Part shown: piece after piece, positions 1 to 11,143 of the stretch | How the letters are laid out: every line of letters begins with the position of its first letter | Numbering within the stretch: the first letter of the stretch is position 1 | DNA from: Octopus vulgaris | Lineage: Eukaryota | Assembly: GCA_951406725.2 (NCBI GenBank) | Contig: OX597836.1 | Location: forward strand, 47,368,001-47,432,000 | Direction: 5' to 3' | DNA length: 64,000 nucleotides | Position numbers and translations under genes: made by a program | Notes under the pieces: model-generated | What the model saw: only the letters and a program-made list of their open reading frames with translations | Database searches by the model: none | What the model was told of the DNA's origin: nothing

Positions 1-29
1 CACAAATGGCACATTTTCACAAGCATTAT

Positions 30-395
30 AGGCGCAGGAGTGGCTGTGGGGTAAGTAGCTTGTTTACCAACCACATGGTTCCGGGTTCAGTCCCACTGCG
101 TAGCCTATATAGCCTATATATATATATAGCCTATATACTATAGCCCGTCGTATATATGTATATATATATATATATGTATGTGTGTGTATATGTTTGTGTC
201 TGTCCCCCTAGCATTGCTTGACAACCGATGCTGCTGTGTTTATGTCCCCGTTACCTAGCGGTTCGGCAAAAGAGACCGATAGAATAAGTACTGGGCTTAC
301 ATAAGAATAAGTCCCGGGGTCGGTTTGCTCGATTAAAGGCGGTGCTCCAGCATGGCCGCAGTCAAATGACTGAAACAAGTAAAAGAGTAAGAGTA
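30..395 (+). mobile_element. tRNA-derived SINE, family A (internally deleted copy)
   Basis: Head GGCGCAGGAGTGGCTGTG..GGTAAG with A/B-box-like motifs (GGTTCAGTCCC), internal (TA)n(TG)n, tail GTCAAATGACTGAAACAAGTAAAAGAGTAAGAGT; about 20 copies in window. Confidence 0.85.
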
Positions 396-723
396 TTATA
401 GTGGCATCAACGTGTTCGTATTGGAGTTCAAAATTTAGGTTATATCAACCTGGAGGGTATTTCTCCACGTGGCACCTGTTTACAGAGACACACAACAATA
501 AGCTTCACGAAAACCAAGTGTTAGAGTAGGCGTTTAGAACAAAATACCTAATGGCAAAAGCTGTCATAACACTACATGTATGTATAAACTGTGTGGCGAT
601 AAACACGAGGTTTAAATCGTTATACGCAGAGGTCTCGTGTGTTTACAATAATACTTTGTAACATGGAGCGGATATTTGAAAGTATTCGATTTGTTGTCTA
701 TATACATACATACATATATATAG

Positions 724-777
<54 letters not shown>

Positions 778-804
778 TTATGTATGTATGTCTACATACG
801 TGTA

Positions 805-1188
805 TTTACTCTTTACTCTCTCTTTTACTTGTTTCAGTCATGCTGGAGCACCGCCTTTAGTCGAGCAAATCGACCCCGGGACTTATTCTTTGTAAGCCCA
901 GTAATTATTCTATCGGTCTTTCTTTTGCCGAACCGCTAAGTGACGGGGACGTAAACACACCAGCATCGGTTGTCAAGCAATGCTAGGGGGACAAACACAG
1001 ACACACGAAGACACACACACATACATATATATATATATACATATATACGACAGGCTTCTTTCAGTTTCCGTCTACCAAATCCACTCACAAGGCATTGGTC
1101 GGCCCGGGGCTATAGCAGAAGACACTTGCCCAAGGTGCCACGCAGTGGGACTGAACCCGGAACCATGTAGTTGGTTAGCAAGCTACTT
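805..1188 (-). mobile_element. SINE family A, split by LINE insertion (rest of head at 6630-6667)
   Basis: Sequence stops at GGTTAGCAAGCTACTT (1173-1188) and resumes with the same 16-mer at 6630-6645. Confidence 0.9.
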
Positions 1189-1416
1189 TATTTCATATAA
1201 TTTGCCATTTAGGCATTTATAAAGAGGGGACAAACAAGGACAGACAAATATAAAGGGTGAAGTAGCTTAACACAGTTACAATTTTCGAATGAAATTACGG
1301 ATAAGATTATAAACAATGAATTTTACGAAGGCAATGTTTAAAAATATTAATGATCATGTCGAAGGACGGACACCCAGCCATCCGGGTAGAACCTTTACTT
1401 TCTGATCCGGTCACAC

Positions 1417-4400
1417 TTACCTGGTGCCAAACATACCCATCTTGTATGCCACAGGCTTCCATCTTTTCACAAACATATCTCGTGACAGACACCTCTTCTC
1501 CAGCCTGATTTTGCTACTGAGGTGGTAACTAAAAAAGTTAATCAACCCCTGGCCGGAGACAAAGGTGCCTGTCACTATACCTTTCGTACGCGTCTTCCAT
1601 ACTGTTTCTTTCAGTATGGCTACTACACAGAAAAAACAAGCCTTTCTTTCCCTGTTAAGGAAAGGGGGCGGCACAATCTCGATGATAGACTCAGCTGATA
1701 GCTGTACTCTTCCCATCACTGACAACAGTTGTTCTACAAAAGCTATCAGTCCCGATAACTCCGGACACTCCACGAATGCGTGCAAGACGGTCTCCCTATC
1801 CTGCTCACATCGCGGGCATGTCGGCGAGACGGCACTACCGTGCCTTGACAGCTTGTCGCGAACAGGTAAAGCCGCACGGAAACACTGCCAGGCTAGGGAT
1901 TTCTGGTAATTATCCAGATACCCCGGCCCGAACGTCCTCCGGAACAGGTTGATCAACTGATTTTCATCGTAGCCCAGGGTCTCCCCCAAGGCGTCTTCGG
2001 ACTTAATCTCCACTAACCCGCTATAGAAATCCGTGGTGGAACTCCTGTTGCCGGCGTTGCCCACCCGAGATAGTAGCTGGAGCGCCTGACGGCACTCCAA
2101 ATGCCATTCACTCAGTTTAGGTCTCCGCTTGATCCATGCACCGATGTCCGTTAGGGATGTTAACTGGGGAAGGTAGAACCGGACGTGCGGCGACCACACC
2201 TGCTCTCCATCCAGGTAAAGCCAGAGGTGCCTCAACCTTAACGCGAGTTTTCGCATCCTCAGCCAAGGCATCCCTAGCCCACCCTTTAGCGGTTTCTGGC
2301 AGCAGACAGAGCGCTTTACAAGTGGCTTTCCTCCTTTCCACAAAAATCGGAAAAGGATTCTCTCCAACTTGTTCAGCCACAAATCGGGGCAAGGCACCAC
2401 GGTCAGACGGTAGGTGATTACTGATGCTATAAACATCTGCACCACCTCCGCCTTCCCTAGCAGGGATAACGCCCGCCCAGACCAGGTCTGGGTTAGAGCG
2501 GTCACCTTGTTGGCCACCTCACTCCAATTTTTCTCAATCTGGAGGTCTGGCCCGAACCAGACTCCGAGCAGCTTAACAGGACCTTCCGTCCAACGCCCTA
2601 CGACGTTATTGGACGGCATCGGCTTGCCCCTCCAGGTGCCGAGTTGCAAACCGACCGACTTGTCCTTGTTAACCTTTGCTCCTGTCACCGCCTCGTAGCT
2701 TTTTATGGCCTCTTCCACCACTGGAAGCTGGCCTTCGTCTGCCACGATGATGGAGGTGTCATCCGCATACGCCGTAGCTCCTCTTCCACACCATAGATCA
2801 TGCGGCGCGCCCCCTAGTGCCTCCATCTTCCGCAGCAAAGGCTCAAGAGCCAATACGTATAGGAGCGAGGACAGGGGACACCCTTGACGAACTGAACGCT
2901 CGATCCTGAACGGCTTCGAAAAGGAACCGTTCACCTTGACTACAGACTCGATGTCGCTATACAAAGCAGCGATCCAACCTCGAAAGGTCGGGCCTAGGCC
3001 AGCCTCTCCGAGGACCGCCGCCAGGTACCGATGGTCGACCCTATCAAATGCTTTGGACTGGTCTAAATGTACCAGTGCTCCCCCTGCGCCAGAAAGCTTC
3101 CCCACCCTCTCTAAGGAGTAGCGTATAAGGTGGAGATTGTCGTGGATCGTTCTGCCGGGGATAGCGCACGTTTGCGCTTCCCCGACAAGTTTGTCCACGA
3201 CCCGCGCCAACCTTTTTGCTAGCACCTTGGCCAGAATCTTTAACTCTGTGTTTAACAGAGTTATGGGCCTGAAGTTCCCTATCTCGTCCCCCTTGTTCGG
3301 GTCCTTCCTGATCAAGGTCACCGCCCCCCGGCTCGCAGACTTGGGAATTCTCCCATTCTGCTGCCAGTTGGCGTAGACGCTAGCCAGCAGGTGCCCGAAC
3401 AAGTTTGGCATACTTCTATAAAATTCATAGGGCAGACCATCGAGACCCGGCGACTTCTCCCCGGGGCACTTGCCCAACACCTCGATTACTTCCTCGGCTG
3501 TGATTGGCCCTTCACAGCACTCAGCCTCTCGTGTCGAGAGGCGCGGGCCACCAGACAGGAAGTCCCTAAGGGCCTCACCATGATCCAGCGTCCCGCACCT
3601 CCCGAACAACTCGGCGAAGTGCTTGTGGAGTGCCTCACACATCTCGTCCCGCTTCTTGATCGTGCATCCGTTTTCATCAACAAGAGACCCAATTGTGGCA
3701 TCGTTTCCACGCTGTGTTTCTATCGTACGGGCCCATCCGGCAACATTAATTCCCTCACGGCCCAATGCTCGTACTTTAGCCCGGACTCTACATCCCTCAT
3801 GTTTGGTTTTGAGGTGACGGTCTAATGCCGTTCTCGCCGCTAAAATGTGAGATGCAGAGCCCAACCTCAACGCCTCCTCTAAGTTCTTAACTAGTTGCCC
3901 TTCTATTCTAGCCCTATCTAGTCTTAGTTGTTTACTAAATCTAATGGACTCGAATCGAATGGCTCTTTTGAGGGTGAACCACCACCGGTTATTAACCACG
4001 GCTCCGGTTAACGCCCTCTGCACTAACACCTTAATCCGGCTACGGTATGCCTCGCGTGTCAAAATAGACTTGTTCAGCTTCCAGTAGCCGGTTCCTATCT
4101 TAAGTGTGCTATCTATGTCCAGTCTACACGTGACCATTCTATGGTCAGTATAGGGCACCTGGACGAGCTGTGGACAACTAAAACTAGACTTATCTCTAGT
4201 TCTTATCACTATCCTGTCTAGATAAGACTTGAACCTTCCGTCGCCACTCATCCAGGTCCACTCTGGGACGTTCGGATGGTCAAGTCTGTAACGATCTGCT
4301 AGCTGAAACCGCTTAAGCAGATCCACGAGACGTGAGTTCACTTTCCTATAGATCGAGCCAACGCTATCGATGTGTACGTCAACGATAGCATTAAAGTCCC

Positions 4401-4818
4401 CTAATATCACTAAAGTCTTCGACGTCACGAGAAAGCCCTCTAGGCGCCGATAAAAATCAGTTTGGAAACCTCTAGCACAAGGTGCATAGAGTCCGATCAA
4501 CCTGAAGGCCTTACTGCTGTATGTCACATCAAGGACGACCAGCCCACCTTCTGGGTCTACATAGACTGTACTTGTCTGTAGAGCCAAGTCTTTACGGATC
4601 AGTACCACTACGCCCCCTCGCCCTCCGGTCTGGCCAGGAGACATGATTTTCTCGTAGCCATTCAGGAGAGGCGAGAAGGTTTGTAGGCTGTCCAGCTTGG
4701 TCTCTGTAGCAACCATCACATGTATATCATGTGATCTGAGGTCGTCGAGGAAACAAGCCTGCTTCCACTTCGAACTCAGACCACGCACATTTAAACAACC
4801 AAGGTTAAGCGAAGCCAT
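1417..4818 (-). CDS. LINE ORF2: APE endonuclease + reverse transcriptase + C-terminal Cys/His domain (1133 aa, uninterrupted)
   Basis: APE motifs LNVRGL, ETKL, GDFN, YLDRI, TDH; RT motifs KSPGLDG, FRPITLLN, LDQSKAFDRV, VRQGCPLS, YADD; GGLG motif; CPRC..ETVLHAFVEC. Confidence 0.95.
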   Translation of the reverse strand: MASLNLGCLNVRGLSSKWKQACFLDDLRSHDIHVMVATETKLDSLQTFSPLLNGYEKIMSPGQTGGRGGVVVLIRKDLALQTSTVYVDPEGGLVVLDVTYSSKAFRLIGLYAPCARGFQTDFYRRLEGFLVTSKTLVILGDFNAIVDVHIDSVGSIYRKVNSRLVDLLKRFQLADRYRLDHPNVPEWTWMSGDGRFKSYLDRIVIRTRDKSSFSCPQLVQVPYTDHRMVTCRLDIDSTLKIGTGYWKLNKSILTREAYRSRIKVLVQRALTGAVVNNRWWFTLKRAIRFESIRFSKQLRLDRARIEGQLVKNLEEALRLGSASHILAARTALDRHLKTKHEGCRVRAKVRALGREGINVAGWARTIETQRGNDATIGSLVDENGCTIKKRDEMCEALHKHFAELFGRCGTLDHGEALRDFLSGGPRLSTREAECCEGPITAEEVIEVLGKCPGEKSPGLDGLPYEFYRSMPNLFGHLLASVYANWQQNGRIPKSASRGAVTLIRKDPNKGDEIGNFRPITLLNTELKILAKVLAKRLARVVDKLVGEAQTCAIPGRTIHDNLHLIRYSLERVGKLSGAGGALVHLDQSKAFDRVDHRYLAAVLGEAGLGPTFRGWIAALYSDIESVVKVNGSFSKPFRIERSVRQGCPLSSLLYVLALEPLLRKMEALGGAPHDLWCGRGATAYADDTSIIVADEGQLPVVEEAIKSYEAVTGAKVNKDKSVGLQLGTWRGKPMPSNNVVGRWTEGPVKLLGVWFGPDLQIEKNWSEVANKVTALTQTWSGRALSLLGKAEVVQMFIASVITYRLTVVPCPDLWLNKLERILFRFLWKGGKPLVKRSVCCQKPLKGGLGMPWLRMRKLALRLRHLWLYLDGEQVWSPHVRFYLPQLTSLTDIGAWIKRRPKLSEWHLECRQALQLLSRVGNAGNRSSTTDFYSGLVEIKSEDALGETLGYDENQLINLFRRTFGPGYLDNYQKSLAWQCFRAALPVRDKLSRHGSAVSPTCPRCEQDRETVLHAFVECPELSGLIAFVEQLLSVMGRVQLSAESIIEIVPPPFLNRERKACFFCVVAILKETVWKTRTKGIVTGTFVSGQGLINFFSYHLSSKIRLEKRCLSRDMFVKRWKPVAYKMGMFGTR

Positions 4819-5091
4819 TACAAAAGTAAAGGTTCTACTTACATTTCGTTGGAGAGGTGGGGGCCGACCTCACCACACGTTTGTGGGCCCCTTCTTTCTC
4901 CTCTTTCTTCAGATAGTCCGGCAAGTTCGCGATATGCCGGATGGCGTTTGGGTGTCTGTCTTTTAATTGTTTGAACGTTGTTTCCGCAATCCACGCGTGT
5001 CTATTTCGATCTTTGTATTTGTTGTACAGTCTTGCTGACTGATGCTGAACCACAATATCGTTTATGTATTTGTCTTGTGTGTCGAATTCAA

Positions 5092-6264
5092 TTAATATGA
5101 GTTCATTTTCTTTTTTGTCTTCTTTTTCTGGGCCAGTTGAGCGGGATTTTTTTTTTTCCGTGTCTGTGGTGTGTCTTTGTTTTTATTATTTTTTGTAGGG
5201 GATGTGGACGGGGATGCTGCACGAATTCTTTTACGAACTGGTGTAAATCCCCCCTCTGATACCTCCATGGTATCGTCTGTGGTAGCAATAGTTTGTTCGG
5301 TAGGCGCCGCAGTTTTTAGGGGGGTGGGAGGTTTTAATAGTGTAGGGGTTTGTGAGTGCGAGGGCTGGGTTTTTTCTTCAGTCTGTTTTGGGGTTAGCAC
5401 CGTAACAGCAGGAGTGGGATTTTTTGTTTTTGTAGGGGTAGGTGTGTTTGCAAGGGTAGGGACTTTTTTATTATATGAGGGGCCTGGTGTCTGCGGTTTC
5501 TTTTGCTTGTCTGGACAGTCTACACGAATGTGGCCCTTTTTGCTGCAGGCGTAACAGGTGGGTTTTCGGCCTTCGACCTGTACCCTGAGGGCTACGTTCT
5601 CGCCCACGAGCACCCTCTCAGGAAGGAGCTGCAGGTCCTCCGCTGTTCCTTGAATTAATATATTAATGTTACGCCCGAGCCAAAATCGAGGGGTAGAGCA
5701 TGTTACTTCTAGTATTTTTATTTTGTCCGCCCTTTTATATAACAGGGCGGCCACTACCTCTACCGGATCTACGTCCGGCGGGGCTTCTACAATCCTGACC
5801 CGGGACGACCTGCGTCCCCTATAGCTTGGAAAAAGTACCACCTCCTTGGTTTTTAGGGGGTTCACAGAATGCCCGCGGGCCATTTCTTCCCCCGAGAAGC
5901 GGACATCCACAGTGCCATATGCCCGTCCCCTGGCGACGTACACGATGTCCTTCCAAATCGGGGACAGGCATTTCTCGATGGTGCTTTTTTCAAAGTGTTT
6001 GAACCTTCTGCTTTGTGGACAGAAAGTTTTAAACACTACGGTCCGCTTCTCGGTCTCCACGATACTGGCGGAGGGTGATATTTTAACATCACCACCCTCC
6101 TCTTGCATTCTTTTAAATAGCTCGACGAGCTGGTTGACATCGATGTCAATCTTCTCGGTAGCCACTGCGGCTACCTCAGAAAATTTTTTAACATTGCTCT
6201 CCTCAAGAGCACTACTTTCGTGAATAATTTCAACAGACATTATTCTGTTGAAATTAGACAACAC
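5092..6264 (-). CDS. LINE ORF1 (gag-like, CCHC zinc knuckle); probably continues to 4835 past a frameshift
   Basis: CYACSKKGHIRVDC knuckle followed by a T/P/K-rich low-complexity region, upstream of ORF2 on the same strand. Confidence 0.85.
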   Translation of the reverse strand: MLSNFNRIMSVEIIHESSALEESNVKKFSEVAAVATEKIDIDVNQLVELFKRMQEEGGDVKISPSASIVETEKRTVVFKTFCPQSRRFKHFEKSTIEKCLSPIWKDIVYVARGRAYGTVDVRFSGEEMARGHSVNPLKTKEVVLFPSYRGRRSSRVRIVEAPPDVDPVEVVAALLYKRADKIKILEVTCSTPRFWLGRNINILIQGTAEDLQLLPERVLVGENVALRVQVEGRKPTCYACSKKGHIRVDCPDKQKKPQTPGPSYNKKVPTLANTPTPTKTKNPTPAVTVLTPKQTEEKTQPSHSQTPTLLKPPTPLKTAAPTEQTIATTDDTMEVSEGGFTPVRKRIRAASPSTSPTKNNKNKDTPQTRKKKNPAQLAQKKKTKKKMNSY

Positions 6265-6665
6265 AAAAATTACGAATATTGGTTTCCCACAAAACTGGGA
6301 AACCTATAGAAAGTTTTTCTTCCAAAGTAGTTCAAAAAAGCAGTTCAAAAATTCCAATTCCCACCCCCATTCGGGGGAGGGGCACGAAAATAGTCTGGCA
6401 GGACTATATATAGTCACGTAAATAAAAAGCCACAGTGGCTAACAGTTCAACGGTAAGAAATTATTCAATTATTTCCCGGTAAAACCGGAGAACAAGACAG
6501 TTCAGCAACGTTTAAAGGCAAATTTTCAGTAGTAGGAATTCAACAATTAACAACACAGCAAAACTCTTACCGGGAAGAAAACGCGTCCAAACCGTAGTAC
6601 GGTAGGCAAAGTCACTCTTCTGTCAGTGAGGTTAGCAAGCTACTTACCACACAGCCACTCCTGCG

Positions 6666-6723
<58 letters not shown>

Positions 6724-6988
6724 TACATACGTATAAGTATGTGTGTGTGTGTGTATGTTTATGTATATATAATGACAGTCATCAGCATAATTTAATGTTC
6801 CTTTTTTGCTTTTTCCATGCTGACATGGATTGGAGAGTTTGACAGAAACAGACGAACGAGAGAACTGCACAGAGCTTCTGTGTCAGCTTTAGCCTGGTTT
6901 CTACACCTGAATACCCTGACTAACGCCAATACCTTTACACAGTACATACGTACGTACGTATGTATGTATGTATGTATAGTGATTGCTC

Positions 6989-7427
6989 GGATCTTTTCGG
7001 TTTGACCGGCAGTTTTTTAAAATAATTTCCACGTAACTAAACACTTTCAAACTTCGTATACTGGTAGAATGTGTTTATAAAACATCTTTTTCTCTTGGTT
7101 TTATTGAGAAAATTCTATAGGTTGTTGTTGTTTAATTTGTTGTTGTTTTTTTCTTCAATTTCGGCAATTTCAATCAATCAATGACGTCTATTGAGGTAAA
7201 AAAAAACATTCTGTGCCGTATGAATATGTCCCTCGTTTAAGAAACAGATTGGGTTTATTTACATTTGTGAAGAAAAAAAGATACCCTTCCCCCCACCCCT
7301 AACCCTAACTCTAACCCTAACCCTAAAACAGATTGAAATGCAATAGATCGATACTAGGGTCATAATTATGGGTGACAATTTCATATGGCACCGCTAGAAA
7401 AAACTGTCGTTCAAACCGAAAAGATCC
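6989..7427. mobile_element. MITE with GGATCTTTTCGGTTTGA TIRs, 8-bp TSD, internal (CCCTAA)n
   Basis: TSD GATTGCTC at 6981-6988 and 7428-7435; GG termini plus 8-bp TSD suggest the Merlin superfamily (inference). Confidence 0.85.
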
Positions 7428-7449
7428 GATTGCTCCATCTTCACTGATG

Positions 7450-8800
7450 ATTGCAGTCTCTGGAGTACTTTTCCTTCTAAGAAAATTGGCCATAAGGATT
7501 GTTTATCTAGGTTAATTTCGAAGAATGCGGAACCGCTGGAAGATACGGTGACAGCCGCATTACAATCAGAAAAGGAAATTAAAAACGTTATGTGTAATGT
7601 GATTCAGGTGTTGCAAAGGACTGTACAAGATATAAAAAGTAAATCAGCGGAGGACAAATACATCATAAAAATGAAGGAGACCTTGAAAAACGAACAAAAG
7701 AGAAACACGAATGCGAACCGTTTATCACTCTTCGACGATGTATTAATGTACGCACAAAAGAATGGTAGTACCAACTGCACTGCAGAAACAGATATTACGT
7801 GTATTACGTGAATTTCATAGTGGAAACCCGGGGATGTCAAGAATGAAAGCTTTGATGGGGAGTTACCTCTATTGACCAACAATGGACTGGAACTTTGAAA
7901 ATTTGGTAAAATCATGTAGAAGTTTGCGCTAGCAGCCAAGACACCACTGGTGAAATGCCAATCATGGCCTGAGACGGATAGTCCGTGGTCCAGGGTACAT
8001 ATAGACTACGCTGAACCTGTGACTGGCACGTACTACTTGATCGTTGTTGATAGCTTTACCAAGTGGCCGGAAGTATGTAGGTGCAGTTAACCTACTTCGA
8101 AGGCAACAATTGAGTTCCTGCACGAATTTTTTGCTCGATACGGTGTTCTGAACACCATCAAGAAATTCTGCAAAATGCATGCAATCATGCACATGTTTAC
8201 CCCGTCCTATCACTCGACGTCAAATGGGTAAGCAGAACGATTCGTAGATACTTTGAAGTGAGCACTAAAAAAGGGCAAGGAACGAGTTAGGAAATGACGA
8301 AGCGCTAACTAAATTCTTAAGGGTCTACAGAATATCGCCCAATCCGAATACCCGTTCTGGTAAGTCATCTGCAGAGCTAATGTTCGTTCGAAAGATTAAA
8401 TCGATCTTCTACAATTTGTTGCCAAAGGAAAAAATGTATAGAGAAAATATCAAAAAAATCAACTAAACATTTTGATGTCGGAGACAAAGTCCATTTAAAA
8501 GTATACAAGAACGGTAAAGGGAGTTGGCAGGATGGTGCAGTAACTTATAAGAATTGGAAATATGATGTTTTTAATTAAAGGCCAACGATGGGAGCATAAA
8601 CAACGCCTAAATCAATGAAAAATCAGATATACAGAAGCAAGGAAGGAAACTCCAACGGAAGTGTTTTACGACATGTTCGATGTACCAGCAGGGAAAGAGA
8701 TTGAGCCTTGAAGGAGCAGTAACAGAAAACGTAAACAGACTGGACATTTAGAAATAATTCCTTAGCGGAAAAGGTACTCAACTTCCTAGGGAAGTAAAAT
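7450..8800 (+). pseudogene. Decayed Ty3/Gypsy pol (RNase H end, zinc-binding region, integrase core)
   Basis: Fragments translate to HSGNPGMSRMKALM, DSPWSRVHIDYA, YLIVVDSFTKWPEV, SNG*AERFVDTLK with stops and frameshifts. Confidence 0.85.
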
Positions 8801-8816
8801 TTCAAAAGGAGAGACG

Positions 8817-9100
8817 TGTTGGAAAGAAATTATGAATAAATAAATAAGTTTCGTTTCCTACAGAAGTCAAAATCACTATAAATCACTGAGCGAGAGACAG
8901 AGCAGGCGTTAATCGTAGAAACTTGGAAGGTGTCGTTTTGGTAGTTTGTCGGAATATCGTTTGTTTGATGGTGTGTAGTTCGTGGAGAGTTTGTTGGATT
9001 GTTACGCTGTTGTTACCCTGCTTCGTTATTTATTTTATTGTTACTACACTGTTATAGTGTAAAGAAAAGTATCATCATATATAATACTGGCAATACAACA
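8817..9100 (+). mobile_element. 3' LTR of the Gypsy remnant
   Basis: Polypurine tract AAAAGGAGAGACG directly before TGTT...; ends ...AACA. Confidence 0.65.
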
Positions 9101-9596
9101 CTCGATTACAGCGATTCCAGTAATACAGAAACATTAGGAAAGGAATCGATGTTTGGAGAGATCCATAGCATTGTTGATTTCATATTGAGGGTGCTATCGC
9201 ATCCGTTGAACATCTTGATATTTTTCTCTCCTTATCAACGGAAGCAACACGAAATATTTTCGGTATTTCCGCGAGTAATCATTAGGAACTGTCATTCGTC
9301 CTTACGGGTCTTACCTGATACTTCGTTCAGAATGGAAGCCAAAAAGTTAAGAAATTTATGTTTAGCGGCCTAGCTCCAGACGTTTCGAATGCCAGGGATT
9401 CTAAAACATTATTTATTTGCAATTGGTGATACTTGTTCACCTACGGACATAATAGCCAACACCTCCATAGCAGCATTTATTAAAGGCTTGGGTGAGAACG
9501 GAAAAATTAATGTGCCGTATAAGACATCTACCGCTTACTCAAGGACAAAAAATAAGTACATCGAGCCTCTAGCCATCATCCGTGAGTAATCCCACG

Positions 9597-9993
9597 ACTT
9601 ACTCTTTTACTTGTTTCAGTCATTTGACTGCGGCCATGCTGGAGCACCGCCTTTAGTCGAGCAAATCGACCCCAGGACTTATTCTTTGTAAGCCCAGTAC
9701 TTATTCTATCGGTCTCTTTTGCCGAACCGCTAAGTGACGGGGACGTAAACACACCAGCATCGGTTGTCAAACAATGCTAGGGGGACAAACACAGACACAC
9801 AAACATATACACACACACTTATATATATATACATATATACGACAGGCTTCTTTCAGTTTCCGTCTACCAAATCCACTCACAAGGCATTGGTCGGCCCGGG
9901 GCTATAGCAGAAGACATTTACCCAAGATGCCACGCAGTGGGACTGAACCCGGAACCATGTGGTTGGTTAGCAAGCTACTTACCACACAGTCAC
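9597..9993 (-). mobile_element. SINE family A
   Basis: Near-identical to other copies. Confidence 0.85.
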
Positions 9994-10802
9994 TTCTGAA
10001 TTTTTTTGTGGGGATGGGGGTGTTGCTAGGTTTGCTTTAGAATTAAATTTATCTCAGTATGTCGTGGCAAACATTCAATTAACGTGACAACCCATGAACT
10101 CAAAACATCTATTGTAAAAGTGTTGAAGAAGCGGAGCTCATCTGGACCAAGTAAGCCATCGATGTTGTCCACAAGCAAAACTTCAATTCGCCACCCACCT
10201 CCGTAAATTTTACACTCGCAGAAAATAAACGACACCATGAATATTTGTCTGGTTGATCGGAAACAGAATGAAAACTGTTTCGACTGTATGTTGTCCCAGA
10301 CTCTATGTATCGATCTAACTTGCTCAAGGCTAACAAGCCAAGCCCCCCACTCCACAATTGTAGAGCTTCACCAATCTCTTTATTGGAACTAGTCCAAACT
10401 GAAGAGGAGGTTATGTTCACAAAAGAGGAGCAGACGAAGACGGAACTCGGGAAATAGAGGGGATATTAAAAAAGAGAGTAGTTAAGTAAACTGGCCCCGA
10501 GTTGTTTTTAAGGTGCACTTCATCACCAGCTTCTGAAGCAAGTTTTACATGGGCTACAAGATTCAAAAACTTGCAAGTTGCTAAAAACTAAAAATGAGGA
10601 GCTAGTGTTAAGAATATACATTTTAGAATTTATAAATAATTCTTGAAAATTAAAAAGATTAGTGATGGCAGTTCAATTGAATCAATGTTTTGAAGTGATT
10701 GTGTTGTTTTACATCCTGAAGAGAAAGGTAGACACGAAAGTAAGATCAGAGATAAATGTTCCCAGAGAAAACCACACAGGAAGAGAAATTTACTAAAAAG
10801 AC

Positions 10803-11143
10803 CAGGAGTTCTCAACTATTTTTTTACCTCTAGACTTCTTTCATTACTATTTTATTCTGGTGGACCACCTGAGCCACTGGAAGTCTAGAAACTAATTTTA
10901 CAGATACAATTTTCAAAATTCCTATTTTGTTATTCACTCATTCACTTGTATAGGTTGAACTTTGTAGAACGTTTGCAAACGAAATCTAGCTGCTTCTTGT
11001 AATATATACACCTGAAGCAAAAGTTTATCATGGGCGCTTGATATACTACTGTGTATCCCCAATTTGCTATTTTGCTTCTGTGGACACCCAAAAATCTTAT
11101 ATGGACCCTCTGGGATCATATAGACCCCAGTTAAGAACTACTG
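10803..11143. mobile_element. hAT-like MITE (CAGGAGTTCTCAAC / GTTAAGAACTACTG), GGACCC subterminal repeats
   Basis: Imperfect TIRs; related pieces near 12085-12313, 56555-56638, 59540-60130; TSD not preserved. Confidence 0.5.

Larger units (their letters stand above)
1189..6629 (-). mobile_element. Full-length Tx1/L1-clade non-LTR retrotransposon
   Basis: ORF1 + ORF2, ~365-nt 5'UTR, ~230-nt 3'UTR, flanked by 16-bp TSD GGTTAGCAAGCTACTT. Confidence 0.93.

Noticed and set aside
639-1222. Many 60-150 aa ORFs such as MSSNARGTNTDT.., MLGGQTQTH.., YIYIYI.., here and across the window
   Set aside because: Chance translations of SINE A and dinucleotide microsatellites
1565-6223. Plus-strand ORFs overlapping the LINE
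   Set aside because: Antisense shadows of a GC-richer coding sequence; no motifs
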